The translations under genes were made by a program, and so were the position numbers. This document shows positions 43,923 to 53,138 of a stretch of 64,000 nt of DNA, piece after piece (the stretch's first letter is position 1; the number at the start of each line of letters is the position of its first letter). The stretch is from a bacterium. Its GTDB lineage: Bacteria; Auribacterota; UBA3054. A model generated the notes under the pieces. That model was not told the origin of the DNA. It did no database searches and worked only from the letters and a program-made list of their open reading frames with translations. The stretch lies in NCBI GenBank assembly GCA_017557885.1, contig JAFYXV010000009.1:27049-91048 (forward strand), given 5' to 3'.

Positions 43923-45491
43923 CTACTGCCCGCAGGCTCTAAGTCCTTCCGCGGCTTTCCCGTATTCCGGATCGGAGCGCAGCGCCGCCTCAAAATAGGC
44001 CTTCGCCTCGGCGGTCTTCCCTTCCCTTAGGGTCATGTGCCCGAGGACCGTCAGGGCCGAAGGATCGGCGGGAGAAACGCTCAGTTCCTTGAAAGCCTGA
44101 GCCTTGGCCTCCTTGAACTGACCGGCCGTGTAAAGCATGACCGCCTTGGCGGAACAAACGCCTTTTTGGTTCGGGTTGAAAGCCCCCCACTTGTCGAAGG
44201 CTTTCAGGGCGTCCCGCAAAAGTTCCTTGTCCTCCGGCTTCTGCATGAACATGGCGTACCTGACCTTGGCGAAGCCCTCGGCGATCGTCTGGTCCCATTC
44301 GTCGTTGGCGCTGAGTTTTTCCAGATTCTCCAGGGCCGCTTCCAGAAGCCCGTAGCGCATGGCCAGGTCGGAGGCGAAAAGCCTGGCTTCCCGGTACTCC
44401 CGGGAGGAGTTGGGGCTGCGGCTCAGGCGCGCCAGTTTGGCGGAATCCTGCGCCGCGGCGTAAGCCTCGCCGTATTCTCCCAGCTGGGTGTAGCGCCTGG
44501 CCAGCATCAGGGCGATGCGGCTGGCCGTTATGCCGGAAGTCATCTCCAGGCAATCCCTGAGGTATTCGCAGGCTTCCTCCGCCCCTTCCTTGCTTTGCGG
44601 GCTGTAGAAGGCCAGCAGGTAGCGCAGGTCGAAGTCGTTTTTAAAGCGCGACAGAGCTTTTTTCCAGACCCGGAGGGCGCCGTTGGTGTCGCCGGTCCGC
44701 AGCCTCAGGTCTCCCCAGGCCTGCCAATAGGTGTAGTTGAGCGGCAGCTTGAAAGTGAGAAGCTCGTAGCAAAGGTCGAATTCCCTGGGAGTGACGATCT
44801 CTCCGCCCTCCAGGACCGCCTTGGCCAATTCAAGCTGGGAAAGAAGGTTCGTGTCGGAAGAAAGGCGGCCCATGATCTTGATCTGGTTCTCGCTGAACCC
44901 TGAAGCCTCCGCTTCCTGTTCCATAAGCGCGCCAAGCTTCCGGGAGACCTGCCTGTAGTAGGGATCCAAGTCCTCGGGAGGCGTATACTCCAGTCTGACG
45001 TTCCTGGCCTGCTTTCTGGTCCTTTCGTAGGCCGCCAGGCAGTTGAAGAAATTTGTCTGGATGATTATGGGCGAAGAGAATTTCAGGGCCTCCTTCAGAT
45101 AAATGAGGCGCATCTTGTAATCGCTTTTCAAAGTCTCGTAGGCCTCCAGCTGGGCGGGGGCCTCCAGATCGTCCAGTTTGTGCCGCCAGAGAGTTATGAG
45201 CTTGTTGAGTTTTCCAAGCTGCTCCCGGTCGGCGACGGTCTTCTCTTTTTTCTTGGCAAGCTCCGCAGCCAGGGGCGTCAGATGGGCCAGGGCGCCCGTG
45301 TAGCCCCTTATCGCCTCCACGTAGAGCTTGGAATCCTCGTTTTCCATAGCGTATTTGAGGCATTCGCAGACGTTGGAATAAACGTTCGCCGAAAGTTCTT
45401 CCGGAAGTTTGCTCCCGGCGGAGACGAAAGACGCGCCGACCAGCAAAAAGAGCAGGGCGCAAATGAATAGTCTGTTTAAGTTATAGCGCAT
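43923..45491 (-). CDS. secreted TPR-repeat protein
   Basis: The signal peptide is LFICALLFLLVGASFVSAG. Several TPR-like Ala/Tyr/Leu helical pairs run through to the C-terminus (AKAYFEAALRSDPEYGKA). Confidence 0.7.
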   Translation of the reverse strand: MRYNLNRLFICALLFLLVGASFVSAGSKLPEELSANVYSNVCECLKYAMENEDSKLYVEAIRGYTGALAHLTPLAAELAKKKEKTVADREQLGKLNKLITLWRHKLDDLEAPAQLEAYETLKSDYKMRLIYLKEALKFSSPIIIQTNFFNCLAAYERTRKQARNVRLEYTPPEDLDPYYRQVSRKLGALMEQEAEASGFSENQIKIMGRLSSDTNLLSQLELAKAVLEGGEIVTPREFDLCYELLTFKLPLNYTYWQAWGDLRLRTGDTNGALRVWKKALSRFKNDFDLRYLLAFYSPQSKEGAEEACEYLRDCLEMTSGITASRIALMLARRYTQLGEYGEAYAAAQDSAKLARLSRSPNSSREYREARLFASDLAMRYGLLEAALENLEKLSANDEWDQTIAEGFAKVRYAMFMQKPEDKELLRDALKAFDKWGAFNPNQKGVCSAKAVMLYTAGQFKEAKAQAFKELSVSPADPSALTVLGHMTLREGKTAEAKAYFEAALRSDPEYGKAAEGLRACGQ

Positions 45492-45497
45492 ACAATT

Positions 45498-45506
45498 ATT
45501 TTAGCA
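45498..45506 (-). promoter_or_regulatory. extended -10 promoter element TGCTAAAAT for the TPR gene (predicts a leaderless mRNA)
   Basis: The minus strand reads TTTTTGCTAAAAT. Six nt separate the -10 from the ATG at 45491. Confidence 0.5.
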
Positions 45507-45574
45507 AAAACGACCCCGAAAGCGCTTGCTCCCGCGCTCCCGGAGGTCCTCCTCCCCCGCCGGGAAAAGAAGCG

Positions 45575-45603
45575 TTGACAAAAAAGACCTGATTTAGTAC
45601 GCT
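45575..45603 (+). promoter_or_regulatory. sigma70-type promoter TTGACA-N17-TACGCT for the HU/IHF-argC-gltX... run
   Basis: It has a perfect -35, a 17-nt spacer and a TAnnnT -10. AAGGAG lies 6 nt before the ATG at 45664. Confidence 0.45.
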
Positions 45604-45663
45604 TTATATCCAATTAAAACCATTATCACTTAACATCTTATCCATTAAATCTAAGGAGATCAA

Positions 45664-45960
45664 ATGAAGAACACCATCACTAAAGAAGACCTTATTACCA
45701 AAGTTGCGGAAAAATCCAGCCAGCCCAAAGACGTCGTGAGAGTCGTCATCCAGGAAACCTTTGACTCCATCTGCGACTATCTGGTGGAAGGCAACCGTCT
45801 TGAACTCCGTCGCTTCGGCGTTTTCTCTGTCAAGACCAGACGCCCCAGGATCGGCCGCAATCCCAACGCTCCTGAGAAAAACATCCAGATCCCCTCTTCT
45901 AAAGTGGCTGTCTTCAAATCCAGCATCATTTTGAAAAAGATGGTCCAGAAAACCAAATAA
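45664..45960 (+). CDS. HU/IHF-family DNA-binding protein
   Basis: RFGVFSVKTRRPRIGRNPNAPEKNIQIPSSKVAVFKSS matches the HU/IHF beta-arm signature. Length is 98 aa. Confidence 0.9.
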   Translation: MKNTITKEDLITKVAEKSSQPKDVVRVVIQETFDSICDYLVEGNRLELRRFGVFSVKTRRPRIGRNPNAPEKNIQIPSSKVAVFKSSIILKKMVQKTK

Positions 45961-45971
45961 ATCCGACTGAA

Positions 45972-47003
45972 ATGACTGAGAATAAAAAGGTGAAGGTCGC
46001 CGTCTGCGGCGCTTCAGGCTACACCGGCAGAGAACTGCTCCTGAGACTTCTGCGCCATCCCGGCGTGGAAGTCGCAGGGCTGGCCCACGGGCCCAGCTCC
46101 GAAGACTGCTCCATGCCGGATCTCTTCCCGGAGTTCAGCAATCTTTGCGAACTGCCCGTCCTGGGCGTGGACGCCCTTATGGAAAAGAAACCCGACGCCG
46201 TGTTCCTGGCGCTCCCCCACGGAGCCGCCGCCCCCATAGCCAAGGAGCTTCTCGCGAAAGGCCTCAAAGTCATCGACTTCTCCGCCGATTACCGCCTGAA
46301 GGACCCCGCGGTCTATGAGCAATGGTACAAGGTCGAGCACTGCGACAGGGAAAACCTGAAGAAAGCCGTTTACGGACTCTGCGAATGGTACCGGGAGGAC
46401 ATTAAGAATGCCTCGCTGGTGGCCGTTCCCGGCTGTTACGTCACCAGCGCCCTCATCCCGCTTATTCCCCTGCTCAGGGACAAAGTCATTTCCCCGGAAA
46501 ACATCATAATCGACTCCAAAAGCGGGATCAGCGGCGCCGGCAAAAAGCTGACGCCGCAGGTCCACTACTGCGAATCCGCTGAATCTTTCAAAGCCTACGG
46601 CATGTTCAGGCACCGCCATACTCCCGAAATAGACCAGGAGCTCACTTTCGCCGCCGGGGAAGATGTCAGCGTGACCTTCACCCCGCATCTTCTGCCGATC
46701 ATAAGGGGCATCCTTTCCACGATCTATGTCAGGCTTTTGCCCGGCAAAAGCAAAGAGGATCTCAAGGCCTCCTGGGAGAAGGCTTACAAGAACGAATTTT
46801 TCATGCGCTTGAGAGCGGAAGGCACTTCCGTTGAGATAAGGCACATTGTCAACACCAATTTCTGCGACATGTCTTTCGCCGCCAGCGGCGACAGGGTCAT
46901 CATAACCTCCGCCCTGGACAATTTGGTGAAAGGCGCTTCCGGCGCCGCGCTGCAGAATTTTAACATCATGTTCGGTTTCCCCGAACGCTTCGGCCTGGTT
47001 TAA
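45972..47003 (+). CDS. argC: N-acetyl-gamma-glutamyl-phosphate reductase
   Basis: It has VAVCGASGYTGRELLRLL and VPGCYVTSALIPLIPL (active-site Cys). Length is 343 aa. Confidence 0.93.
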   Translation: MTENKKVKVAVCGASGYTGRELLLRLLRHPGVEVAGLAHGPSSEDCSMPDLFPEFSNLCELPVLGVDALMEKKPDAVFLALPHGAAAPIAKELLAKGLKVIDFSADYRLKDPAVYEQWYKVEHCDRENLKKAVYGLCEWYREDIKNASLVAVPGCYVTSALIPLIPLLRDKVISPENIIIDSKSGISGAGKKLTPQVHYCESAESFKAYGMFRHRHTPEIDQELTFAAGEDVSVTFTPHLLPIIRGILSTIYVRLLPGKSKEDLKASWEKAYKNEFFMRLRAEGTSVEIRHIVNTNFCDMSFAASGDRVIITSALDNLVKGASGAALQNFNIMFGFPERFGLV

Positions 47004-47004
47004 A

Positions 47005-48468
47005 ATGAAATACCGCGTGCGTTTCGCTCCCAGCCCGACGGGCATGCTCCACCTCGGAGGCGCCCGCACGGCTCTTTTCAACTATCTCTTCGCCCGTCAC
47101 TGCGGCGGAGATTTTCTTTTGAGAATAGAAGACACCGACAGAGCCCGCTTCCAGGAAGCGGCCCTGGAAGACATAACGAAAAGCTTGCATTGGCTCGGCC
47201 TGGAATGGGATGAAGGCGTCATGAAGGGCGGAGACTGCGGCCCTTACTTCCAGTCCGAAAGATTAGACATCTACAAGAAATACGTCGATCAGCTCCTTGA
47301 GACCGGCCACGCCTACAAGTGCTACTGCAGCGAGGAAGAGCTCGCGGCCCAGAGAGAGGAGGCCAAGGAGAAAGGCCTCTCCGTCCAGGGTTACGACGGC
47401 CGCTGCTCCAGGCTGACGCCGGAAGAAATTAAAAAGTTTGAAGACGAAGGGCGGATACCCACCGTGCGCTTCAAGATGCCGAAGACCGGGACTACCTCCT
47501 TCACCGACGCGATCCGCGGCGAAGTGACCTACCAGAACGACCAGCAGACCGACTTCATCATCCTTAAAGCGGACGGATATCCGACCTACCATCTGGCCAA
47601 CATCGTGGACGACCACCTGATGGGCATCACCCACGTCATGCGCGGCGACGAATGGATCTCTTCGACGCCGAAACACATCTGCCTCTACGAGGCTTTCGGC
47701 TGGACTCCCCCGACCTTCGCGCATCTGCCGGTCATCCTTAAGCCGGGCGGAGGCGGAAAGCTCTCCAAAAGGGACGGCGACGTCTCGGTCTTCCAGTACA
47801 AGGAAAAAGGCTATCTGCCCGAGGCCCTCGTGAACTTCCTGGCGCTCCTGGGCTGGGCTTATTCCGAGGATCAGGAGATCGTCACCGTGGACGAAATGAT
47901 AAAGGCCTTCAGCCTCGAGCACATCAACAAAGCCGGCGCCCAGTTCCACGTTGAGAAACTGAACTGGATGAACGGCGAATACATCAGGAAACTCACGGTG
48001 GAGGATCTTACCGGGCGCTGCTGGCCGTACCTTGTCAGCGCAGGCCTTGTCAAGGAAGATCAGGACAAGAGTTCCCTTCACTACATCATGAGCCTGCTGC
48101 AGCCCAGACTGGTTTTGCTTACGGATTGCGTCGACATGATCTCCTATTTCCTGAAAGACGAGATCGATTACAACGAAGCAGACGTCAGGAAGATCCTGAA
48201 AAAGGAAGGCGTAAAGGAAAATCTTGCCGCATTGCGCCCCGTGCTGGCGGAAAACGATTTCTCGCCGGAAAGCCTGGACAAGGCCATCCATGAATTCATG
48301 CAGGCAAAAGAGCTCTCCCCCAAGAAAGTGCTGCAGCCCCTCAGGGTGGCGGTCACCGGCCGCTCCTGCAGCCCGGGCATGTTCGAGACTCTCTTCGCCC
48401 TGGGCAAAGAAAAAACGCTGAAACGCCTGGACTACGCCGTTGCCGAATTAACCGATACGGAAGCCTGA
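47005..48468 (+). CDS. gltX: glutamate--tRNA ligase
   Basis: It has RVRFAPSPTGMLHLGGARTALFNY (HIGH-type motif) and KLSKRDG (KMSKS-type motif). Length is 487 aa. Confidence 0.95.
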   Translation: MKYRVRFAPSPTGMLHLGGARTALFNYLFARHCGGDFLLRIEDTDRARFQEAALEDITKSLHWLGLEWDEGVMKGGDCGPYFQSERLDIYKKYVDQLLETGHAYKCYCSEEELAAQREEAKEKGLSVQGYDGRCSRLTPEEIKKFEDEGRIPTVRFKMPKTGTTSFTDAIRGEVTYQNDQQTDFIILKADGYPTYHLANIVDDHLMGITHVMRGDEWISSTPKHICLYEAFGWTPPTFAHLPVILKPGGGGKLSKRDGDVSVFQYKEKGYLPEALVNFLALLGWAYSEDQEIVTVDEMIKAFSLEHINKAGAQFHVEKLNWMNGEYIRKLTVEDLTGRCWPYLVSAGLVKEDQDKSSLHYIMSLLQPRLVLLTDCVDMISYFLKDEIDYNEADVRKILKKEGVKENLAALRPVLAENDFSPESLDKAIHEFMQAKELSPKKVLQPLRVAVTGRSCSPGMFETLFALGKEKTLKRLDYAVAELTDTEA

Positions 48469-48473
48469 TAAAA

Positions 48474-49847
48474 ATGCTGACCGTCGCTCTCGCTGGACGC
48501 CCCAACGTGGGGAAATCCATTCTCTTCAACAGGCTTTCGGGCAAAAGGCTCGCCATCGTTGAGGAGACCAGCGGCGTAACCCGCGACAGGCTTTACGCCA
48601 CGGTGACCCACGACGACGTTTCCTTCCGGCTCATCGACACCGGCGGCCTGGTGACTGACCCGGACGCTTTGGAAAAACAGATAACCACCCAGACGGAAGC
48701 CGCCGTTAAGGAAGCCGACCTCATACTCTTCGTAGTCAGCGCCCAGGACGGCCGCACGCCCATGGACGACGTGGTGGCCTCCCGGCTCCGGCGCACCGGC
48801 AAGGAAGTCTGGCTCGTCATCAACAAAGCGGACAACGAAAAATTTAAAAACGCCTGGGCCGATTTCTGCTCCTATGAATTCTCCCCCAGCGTCACCATTT
48901 CCGCCATGCACGCCATCGGCACCGACGACCTCCTGGACCGTCTGCTGAAGAAAGCCTCGCATTTTTCGGAAACAGGCGAAACGCCTGAGGAGGAAGCGCC
49001 GGAAAAGCCCAAGGACGTTGCTTTCTCCATCGCCTTCGTGGGCAAACCCAACGCCGGAAAATCCTCCCTGCTGAACGCCCTGGCTGGCTATGAGCGCGCC
49101 ATAGTAAGCGACATCCCCGGAACCACCAGGGACAACGTGGACACCGTGATCGACTGGCAGTACAAAAACAGATCCGGCGAAACGAAAAGCAAGAAGATCC
49201 TTCTGGTGGACACCGCCGGCATAAGGCGCAAAAGATCCATCGACACCAAACTGGAGGTCTTCTCCGTCTCCCGCTCCGAAGCCGCCATCAAAAGGGCCAA
49301 CGTCTGCGTGCTTTTGATAGACGCCACCGCCGGGATCTCCGTGACGGATAAAAAGATCGCCGCCACCATAGCCGCCGCCGGACGCCCCTGCGTCATCGGC
49401 GTGAACAAGTGGGACCTCATGAAAGGCAAGACCGACCGGGCGGCCTACCTGGGCTGGCTCAGAAACGAACTGCCTTTCCTCGCCTACGCCCCCATGATCC
49501 TCATCTCCGCCAAGGAAAAGCAAAACATCCCGGCCCTGATGAGCGAGACCATGAAGATCTACGCGGCCGTTTCGAAGAAGATCAGCACCGGCCTTTTGAA
49601 CAGAGCCATAAGGGAGGCCATGGAAAAGCAAAGCCCGGCCGCCTTGCAGGGCAAGAGGCTGAAATTCTACTACGCCACCCAGACCGACAGGGAGCCGCCG
49701 ACTTTTCTGCTCTTCGTCAACGACCCCGGCCTGGTGATGGGCTCTTACGAAACGTATCTGAAGAAAGCCCTGCGCGCTTCCCTGAAATTGGAAGGCGCGC
49801 CGCTCAGTCTCGAGTGGAAAGCCAGGGAATCCCAATACCATGATTGA
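48474..49847 (+). CDS. der: ribosome-biogenesis GTPase Der (EngA)
   Basis: It has two G domains (GRPNVGKS, GKPNAGKSS; DTGG, DTAG; NKAD, NKWD) and a KH-like C-terminus. Confidence 0.95.
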   Translation: MLTVALAGRPNVGKSILFNRLSGKRLAIVEETSGVTRDRLYATVTHDDVSFRLIDTGGLVTDPDALEKQITTQTEAAVKEADLILFVVSAQDGRTPMDDVVASRLRRTGKEVWLVINKADNEKFKNAWADFCSYEFSPSVTISAMHAIGTDDLLDRLLKKASHFSETGETPEEEAPEKPKDVAFSIAFVGKPNAGKSSLLNALAGYERAIVSDIPGTTRDNVDTVIDWQYKNRSGETKSKKILLVDTAGIRRKRSIDTKLEVFSVSRSEAAIKRANVCVLLIDATAGISVTDKKIAATIAAAGRPCVIGVNKWDLMKGKTDRAAYLGWLRNELPFLAYAPMILISAKEKQNIPALMSETMKIYAAVSKKISTGLLNRAIREAMEKQSPAALQGKRLKFYYATQTDREPPTFLLFVNDPGLVMGSYETYLKKALRASLKLEGAPLSLEWKARESQYHD

Positions 49848-49850
49848 ATT

Positions 49851-50390
49851 ATGCTTCTGGCAGTCATCGCGTATCTAATAGGATCCATGCCCCTGGGCTT
49901 TCTTCTGCGCCGCGCCAACGTCCTTCACGTCCCCGCCGCCGCGCTCTCCATAAGCGCCGACCTTTTTACGGGCGTTCTGGTCGCCGCGGTCCTGCCGAAG
50001 CTGCCTTATTTGACGGCCCGCTTCGGGCTGGGGCTTCTGGCATATCCCCTGGCGAACGAAGCCCAGCTGGGCGCCTGCGCCCTCATCTGCGCCGCCCTGG
50101 GGCATTATTTTTCCGTTTACATCTGCGGCTGGGGGGGCCTCGGCACCGCCCTCATAATGGGAGGCTTTCTGATCCTCACGCCCTACGCCGCGCTCTGGGC
50201 CTTCGCCGTCACCGGCTTTGTGCTGCTTGTGACCCGCAGGATGAAATACGCTTCGCTGGCGGGCGGACTGGCTCTGCCTTTTTTGGTGCGCTGTTTCTAC
50301 CCCCTGGATTTCATATATCTTGGCGCGGCCCTGATCTGCGCCCTTCTGCTTGTCTTCACCCACACCAGCTTCCTGAGGGACCGGGCATGA
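49851..50390 (+). CDS. PlsY-like membrane protein, divergent (motif 1 absent)
   Basis: IAYLIGSMPLGFLL, LGHYFSVYICGWGGLGTALIMGG and the C-terminal THTSFLRDR parallel PlsY (YLLGSIPFG, GH.FP.FL.F.GGKGVAT, H..NI.RL). There is no GSGN.GATN block and Lys is replaced in GGKG. Confidence 0.45.
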   Translation: MLLAVIAYLIGSMPLGFLLRRANVLHVPAAALSISADLFTGVLVAAVLPKLPYLTARFGLGLLAYPLANEAQLGACALICAALGHYFSVYICGWGGLGTALIMGGFLILTPYAALWAFAVTGFVLLVTRRMKYASLAGGLALPFLVRCFYPLDFIYLGAALICALLLVFTHTSFLRDRA

Positions 50391-50860
50391 AAAATCATCC
50401 GCGCTATCTCGTCAACGTGATCAACCGCCAGCGGCTCGTCAAGATCTCGGAGCTGAAGATCAGGGAGCTTGTTTGCCACGTCCTGGGCGAAGAAAAAGCG
50501 CCCAGCGTCATGGGCATGAACGTCATGCTGGTCAGGGATCCCGTGATCAGACGCTATCACAAAGAATTCATGAACATAGACACTGCCACGGACTGCATAA
50601 GCTTCCCTCCCGAAGGCCTGGAGGAGGCCAACGTTCTGGAGCCCGCCTGCGGAGACTGCATCATCAGCGTGGACCACGCCCTTTCCTACGCCCTTGAAAA
50701 CGACATTCTTTTCGCGGAGGAGATCGCGCGCTACGCCGTGCACTGCACCCTGCACTGCCTGGGCTACGACGATCTCAGGCCCGCCAACCGCCGCCGCATG
50801 TTTGCCGCCCAGGAGAAATACGTCCTGTACTGGAAAACTAATCTCTACACCACAAAATAA
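50387..50860 (+). CDS. ybeY: rRNA maturation endoribonuclease YbeY (variant metal motif)
   Basis: The ATG at 50387 overlaps the upstream stop (ATGA). It has DCISFP and VHCTLHCLGYDD (canonical H..LH.LGYDH). Length is 157 aa, and it has classic ybeY-corC synteny. Confidence 0.8.
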   Translation: MKNHPRYLVNVINRQRLVKISELKIRELVCHVLGEEKAPSVMGMNVMLVRDPVIRRYHKEFMNIDTATDCISFPPEGLEEANVLEPACGDCIISVDHALSYALENDILFAEEIARYAVHCTLHCLGYDDLRPANRRRMFAAQEKYVLYWKTNLYTTK

Positions 50861-52260
50861 TGGATCCTTCCTTACAAAACTTTCTAGATCATCTGCACTC
50901 GCTGAATCTCCATGACCTGGCGGACGCTATCGCCACGAACAATCTGGAATATGTTAATCTGGTGCTCTCGGACGTCCCGAAACCGTTTGAGAAGATCTTG
51001 AACTCGCCGGAGCCTTTTATCCTGCTTGGCCTTTGGGTCGTCATGTTCCTTGGCTGCATCTACGCCACCGCCGCCAGCACCGCCGCCAACCACCTGACGA
51101 TAAAGGATCTCATAGAGGACGAGCACATCGGGACCGATTTCATCAATTCCTGGCTGAAATACGCCGACAGGATCAGGGTCTCGCTTTACATTCTCCAGGC
51201 CGTCGCTCTTATCTACATGACCAGCTGCGTCAACTGGTTCTTCGACGCCTTCGTCGTCATGCCCTGGCTGCAGGAACTCGGGCTCGGGGTGCTCCTCCTT
51301 CTGTTCGTGCTTGTCTTCGCTTCCTGCGTCCCGTGGTTCGTCGGCGTTCATTTTAAGAAAGACATTCCCATAAAGCATTTCGGCTTCCTGAAATTCATCT
51401 CCAACGTCATGCGCCCCGTCAACGGCTTCTGCCTCTTCCTGACGAGGAAAGTCGTCAAGGGCGCCGGCTATGACATAACCGAGGAGGAGGTCCTCGCCAA
51501 ATCCAACGACGTCGAGGAGCTCCTGAAGGACGAAAGCGAGAAGAAGATCGACGAGAACGAGCACGAGATGCTCCAGTCAGTCTTCGCTTTCGGCGACACG
51601 ATAGCCAGGGAAGTCATGACTCCCCGCCCGGTGGTGTGCGCCGTTGAGGAAAACGTTCCCGGCAAGGAAGCCGTAAAGGCAGCCATAAAAGACGGACATA
51701 TGCGCATACCTGTTTACAGCGGGACGATCGACAACATCATAGGCATTTTGCACATCAAGGACGTCATGGACAAATGGAGCGAGGGTGAACCCCTTCCCTC
51801 GCTTTCAGCCGTCGTAAGGAAGCCCTACTTTATCCCCGAGACAAAACGCGTCGCTGAGCTTTTGATCGAGATGCGCAAGACCAACACGCAGATCGCCGTC
51901 GTCGTCGACGAATACGGCGGCATGGCCGGCATCATCACCGCCACCGACATCATCAGCGAGATCGTCGGCGAAATGCCGGAGGAAAACATCGACCCCGAGG
52001 CGCCCGAAGTCTTGAAGATCGACGAAACGACTTACGAGATGGCCGGCACCGTCCTCGTGGACGACCTCAACGACATGCTGGAACTGAACCTGCCGGATGA
52101 CGAGAGTTTCGACTCGATCGGCGGATACGCCCTTTACAAACTCGGCCACCTTCCCGTGGAAGGCGAGGAAGTGAAGATCCCGGCGGGAAGTTTGAAGATC
52201 CTGAAGATCATAAACAACCGAATTGAAAAACTTCAACTCAAACTGAAGAAAAATGAGTGA
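50860..52260 (+). CDS. HlyC/CorC-family transporter-associated protein (DUF21-CBS pair-CorC_HlyC)
   Basis: It has N-terminal TM helices, a CBS pair (TPRPVVCAVEEN..., IAVVVDEYGGMAGIIT) and a C-terminal CorC_HlyC domain (DSIGGYALYKLGHLPVEGEEV). Confidence 0.85.
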   Translation: MDPSLQNFLDHLHSLNLHDLADAIATNNLEYVNLVLSDVPKPFEKILNSPEPFILLGLWVVMFLGCIYATAASTAANHLTIKDLIEDEHIGTDFINSWLKYADRIRVSLYILQAVALIYMTSCVNWFFDAFVVMPWLQELGLGVLLLLFVLVFASCVPWFVGVHFKKDIPIKHFGFLKFISNVMRPVNGFCLFLTRKVVKGAGYDITEEEVLAKSNDVEELLKDESEKKIDENEHEMLQSVFAFGDTIAREVMTPRPVVCAVEENVPGKEAVKAAIKDGHMRIPVYSGTIDNIIGILHIKDVMDKWSEGEPLPSLSAVVRKPYFIPETKRVAELLIEMRKTNTQIAVVVDEYGGMAGIITATDIISEIVGEMPEENIDPEAPEVLKIDETTYEMAGTVLVDDLNDMLELNLPDDESFDSIGGYALYKLGHLPVEGEEVKIPAGSLKILKIINNRIEKLQLKLKKNE

Positions 52261-53095
52261 AAGACCGATAGTCGCCCTGATCTACGATTTTGACAAGACT
52301 CTTTGCACAAAAGACATGCAGGAGTACGCCTTTATTCCCAGTTTGGGAATGGATTCCATCACCTTCTGGAAAGAGGTCAACGACTTCGCCAGTAAAAACC
52401 AGATGGATCCGATCCTGGCCTACATGTTCATGATGACAAAGATGGCCAGGGGCAAAGTTCTCCTTACCAAAAACGTCCTGAGAGAACAGGGAAAGACCGT
52501 GGAGCTTTTGCCCGGCATTCCCGAGTGGTTCTCCAAGATCCGGGAATTCGGCGAAACCGAAGGCGTACGAATCGAGCACTACATCGTCTCCTCGGGCTTG
52601 ACTCAGATCATCTTAGGCACCGGGCTCGCTGATGAATTTTCCGGCATCTACGCCAGCGAATTCCTCTACGACGAGAACGGTGTGCCCATCTGGCCCGGCC
52701 TCGCTTTGAACTACACCTCTAAAACGCAGTTCATCTTCAGGATCAACAAAGGCATCCGCGACATTACGGAAGCGAAAGCCCTGAACAGTTTCACACCGCA
52801 AAGCGAACGCCGCATCCCCTACCGCAACATGATCTACATTGGCGACGGGCTCACCGACGTTCCCTGCATGAAGCTTGTGAAACTGAACGGCGGCCGCTCC
52901 ATCGGCGTCTATCAGGGCGACGACGACTCCCAGGTCTGCGACCTCATCCGCCATGACAGAGTGAATTACATTACCAGGGCCGACTACCGTTTTGACCAGG
53001 AACTGGCCAGCATTGTCAAAAAACTCATCGTCAGCATCAAAAAAGAAGAGGAACTGGAGGACATAACCAAGCTCCATCAAAGCAAAGCCCTTTGA
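52253..53095 (+). CDS. HAD-superfamily hydrolase
   Basis: It has motif I LIYDFDKTL (DxDxT) and motif IV IYIGDGLTDVPCM. Length is 280 aa. Confidence 0.75.
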   Translation: MSERPIVALIYDFDKTLCTKDMQEYAFIPSLGMDSITFWKEVNDFASKNQMDPILAYMFMMTKMARGKVLLTKNVLREQGKTVELLPGIPEWFSKIREFGETEGVRIEHYIVSSGLTQIILGTGLADEFSGIYASEFLYDENGVPIWPGLALNYTSKTQFIFRINKGIRDITEAKALNSFTPQSERRIPYRNMIYIGDGLTDVPCMKLVKLNGGRSIGVYQGDDDSQVCDLIRHDRVNYITRADYRFDQELASIVKKLIVSIKKEEELEDITKLHQSKAL

Positions 53096-53099
53096 GATT

Positions 53100-53108
53100 T
53101 GCTATAAT
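53100..53108 (+). promoter_or_regulatory. extended -10 promoter element TGCTATAAT for nrdR
   Basis: The sequence is ATTTGCTATAAT. It starts 5 nt after the HAD stop, and the -10 ends 30 nt upstream of the ATG at 53139. Confidence 0.5.
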
Positions 53109-53138
53109 CATTAAGATAAAACCACCAAATATTGTATT

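Noticed and set aside
48432-49841. A 469-aa minus-strand ORF opposite der
   Set aside because: It is a shadow ORF. Der on the plus strand has two complete GTPase domains. The same reasoning applies to 54138..55415, 5494..6699, 46014..47081, 47263..48291, 38079..39260, 35371..36429, 62906..63859 and the many shorter overlapping ORFs in the track.
53121-53138. A possible NrdR box (CCACCAAATATTGTAT) between the nrdR promoter and its start codon
   Set aside because: It matches my remembered consensus acaCwAtATaTwgtgt at only about 11 of 16 positions, and it is poorly palindromic. No second box was found at the usual spacing of about 31 nt. This is too weak to call.
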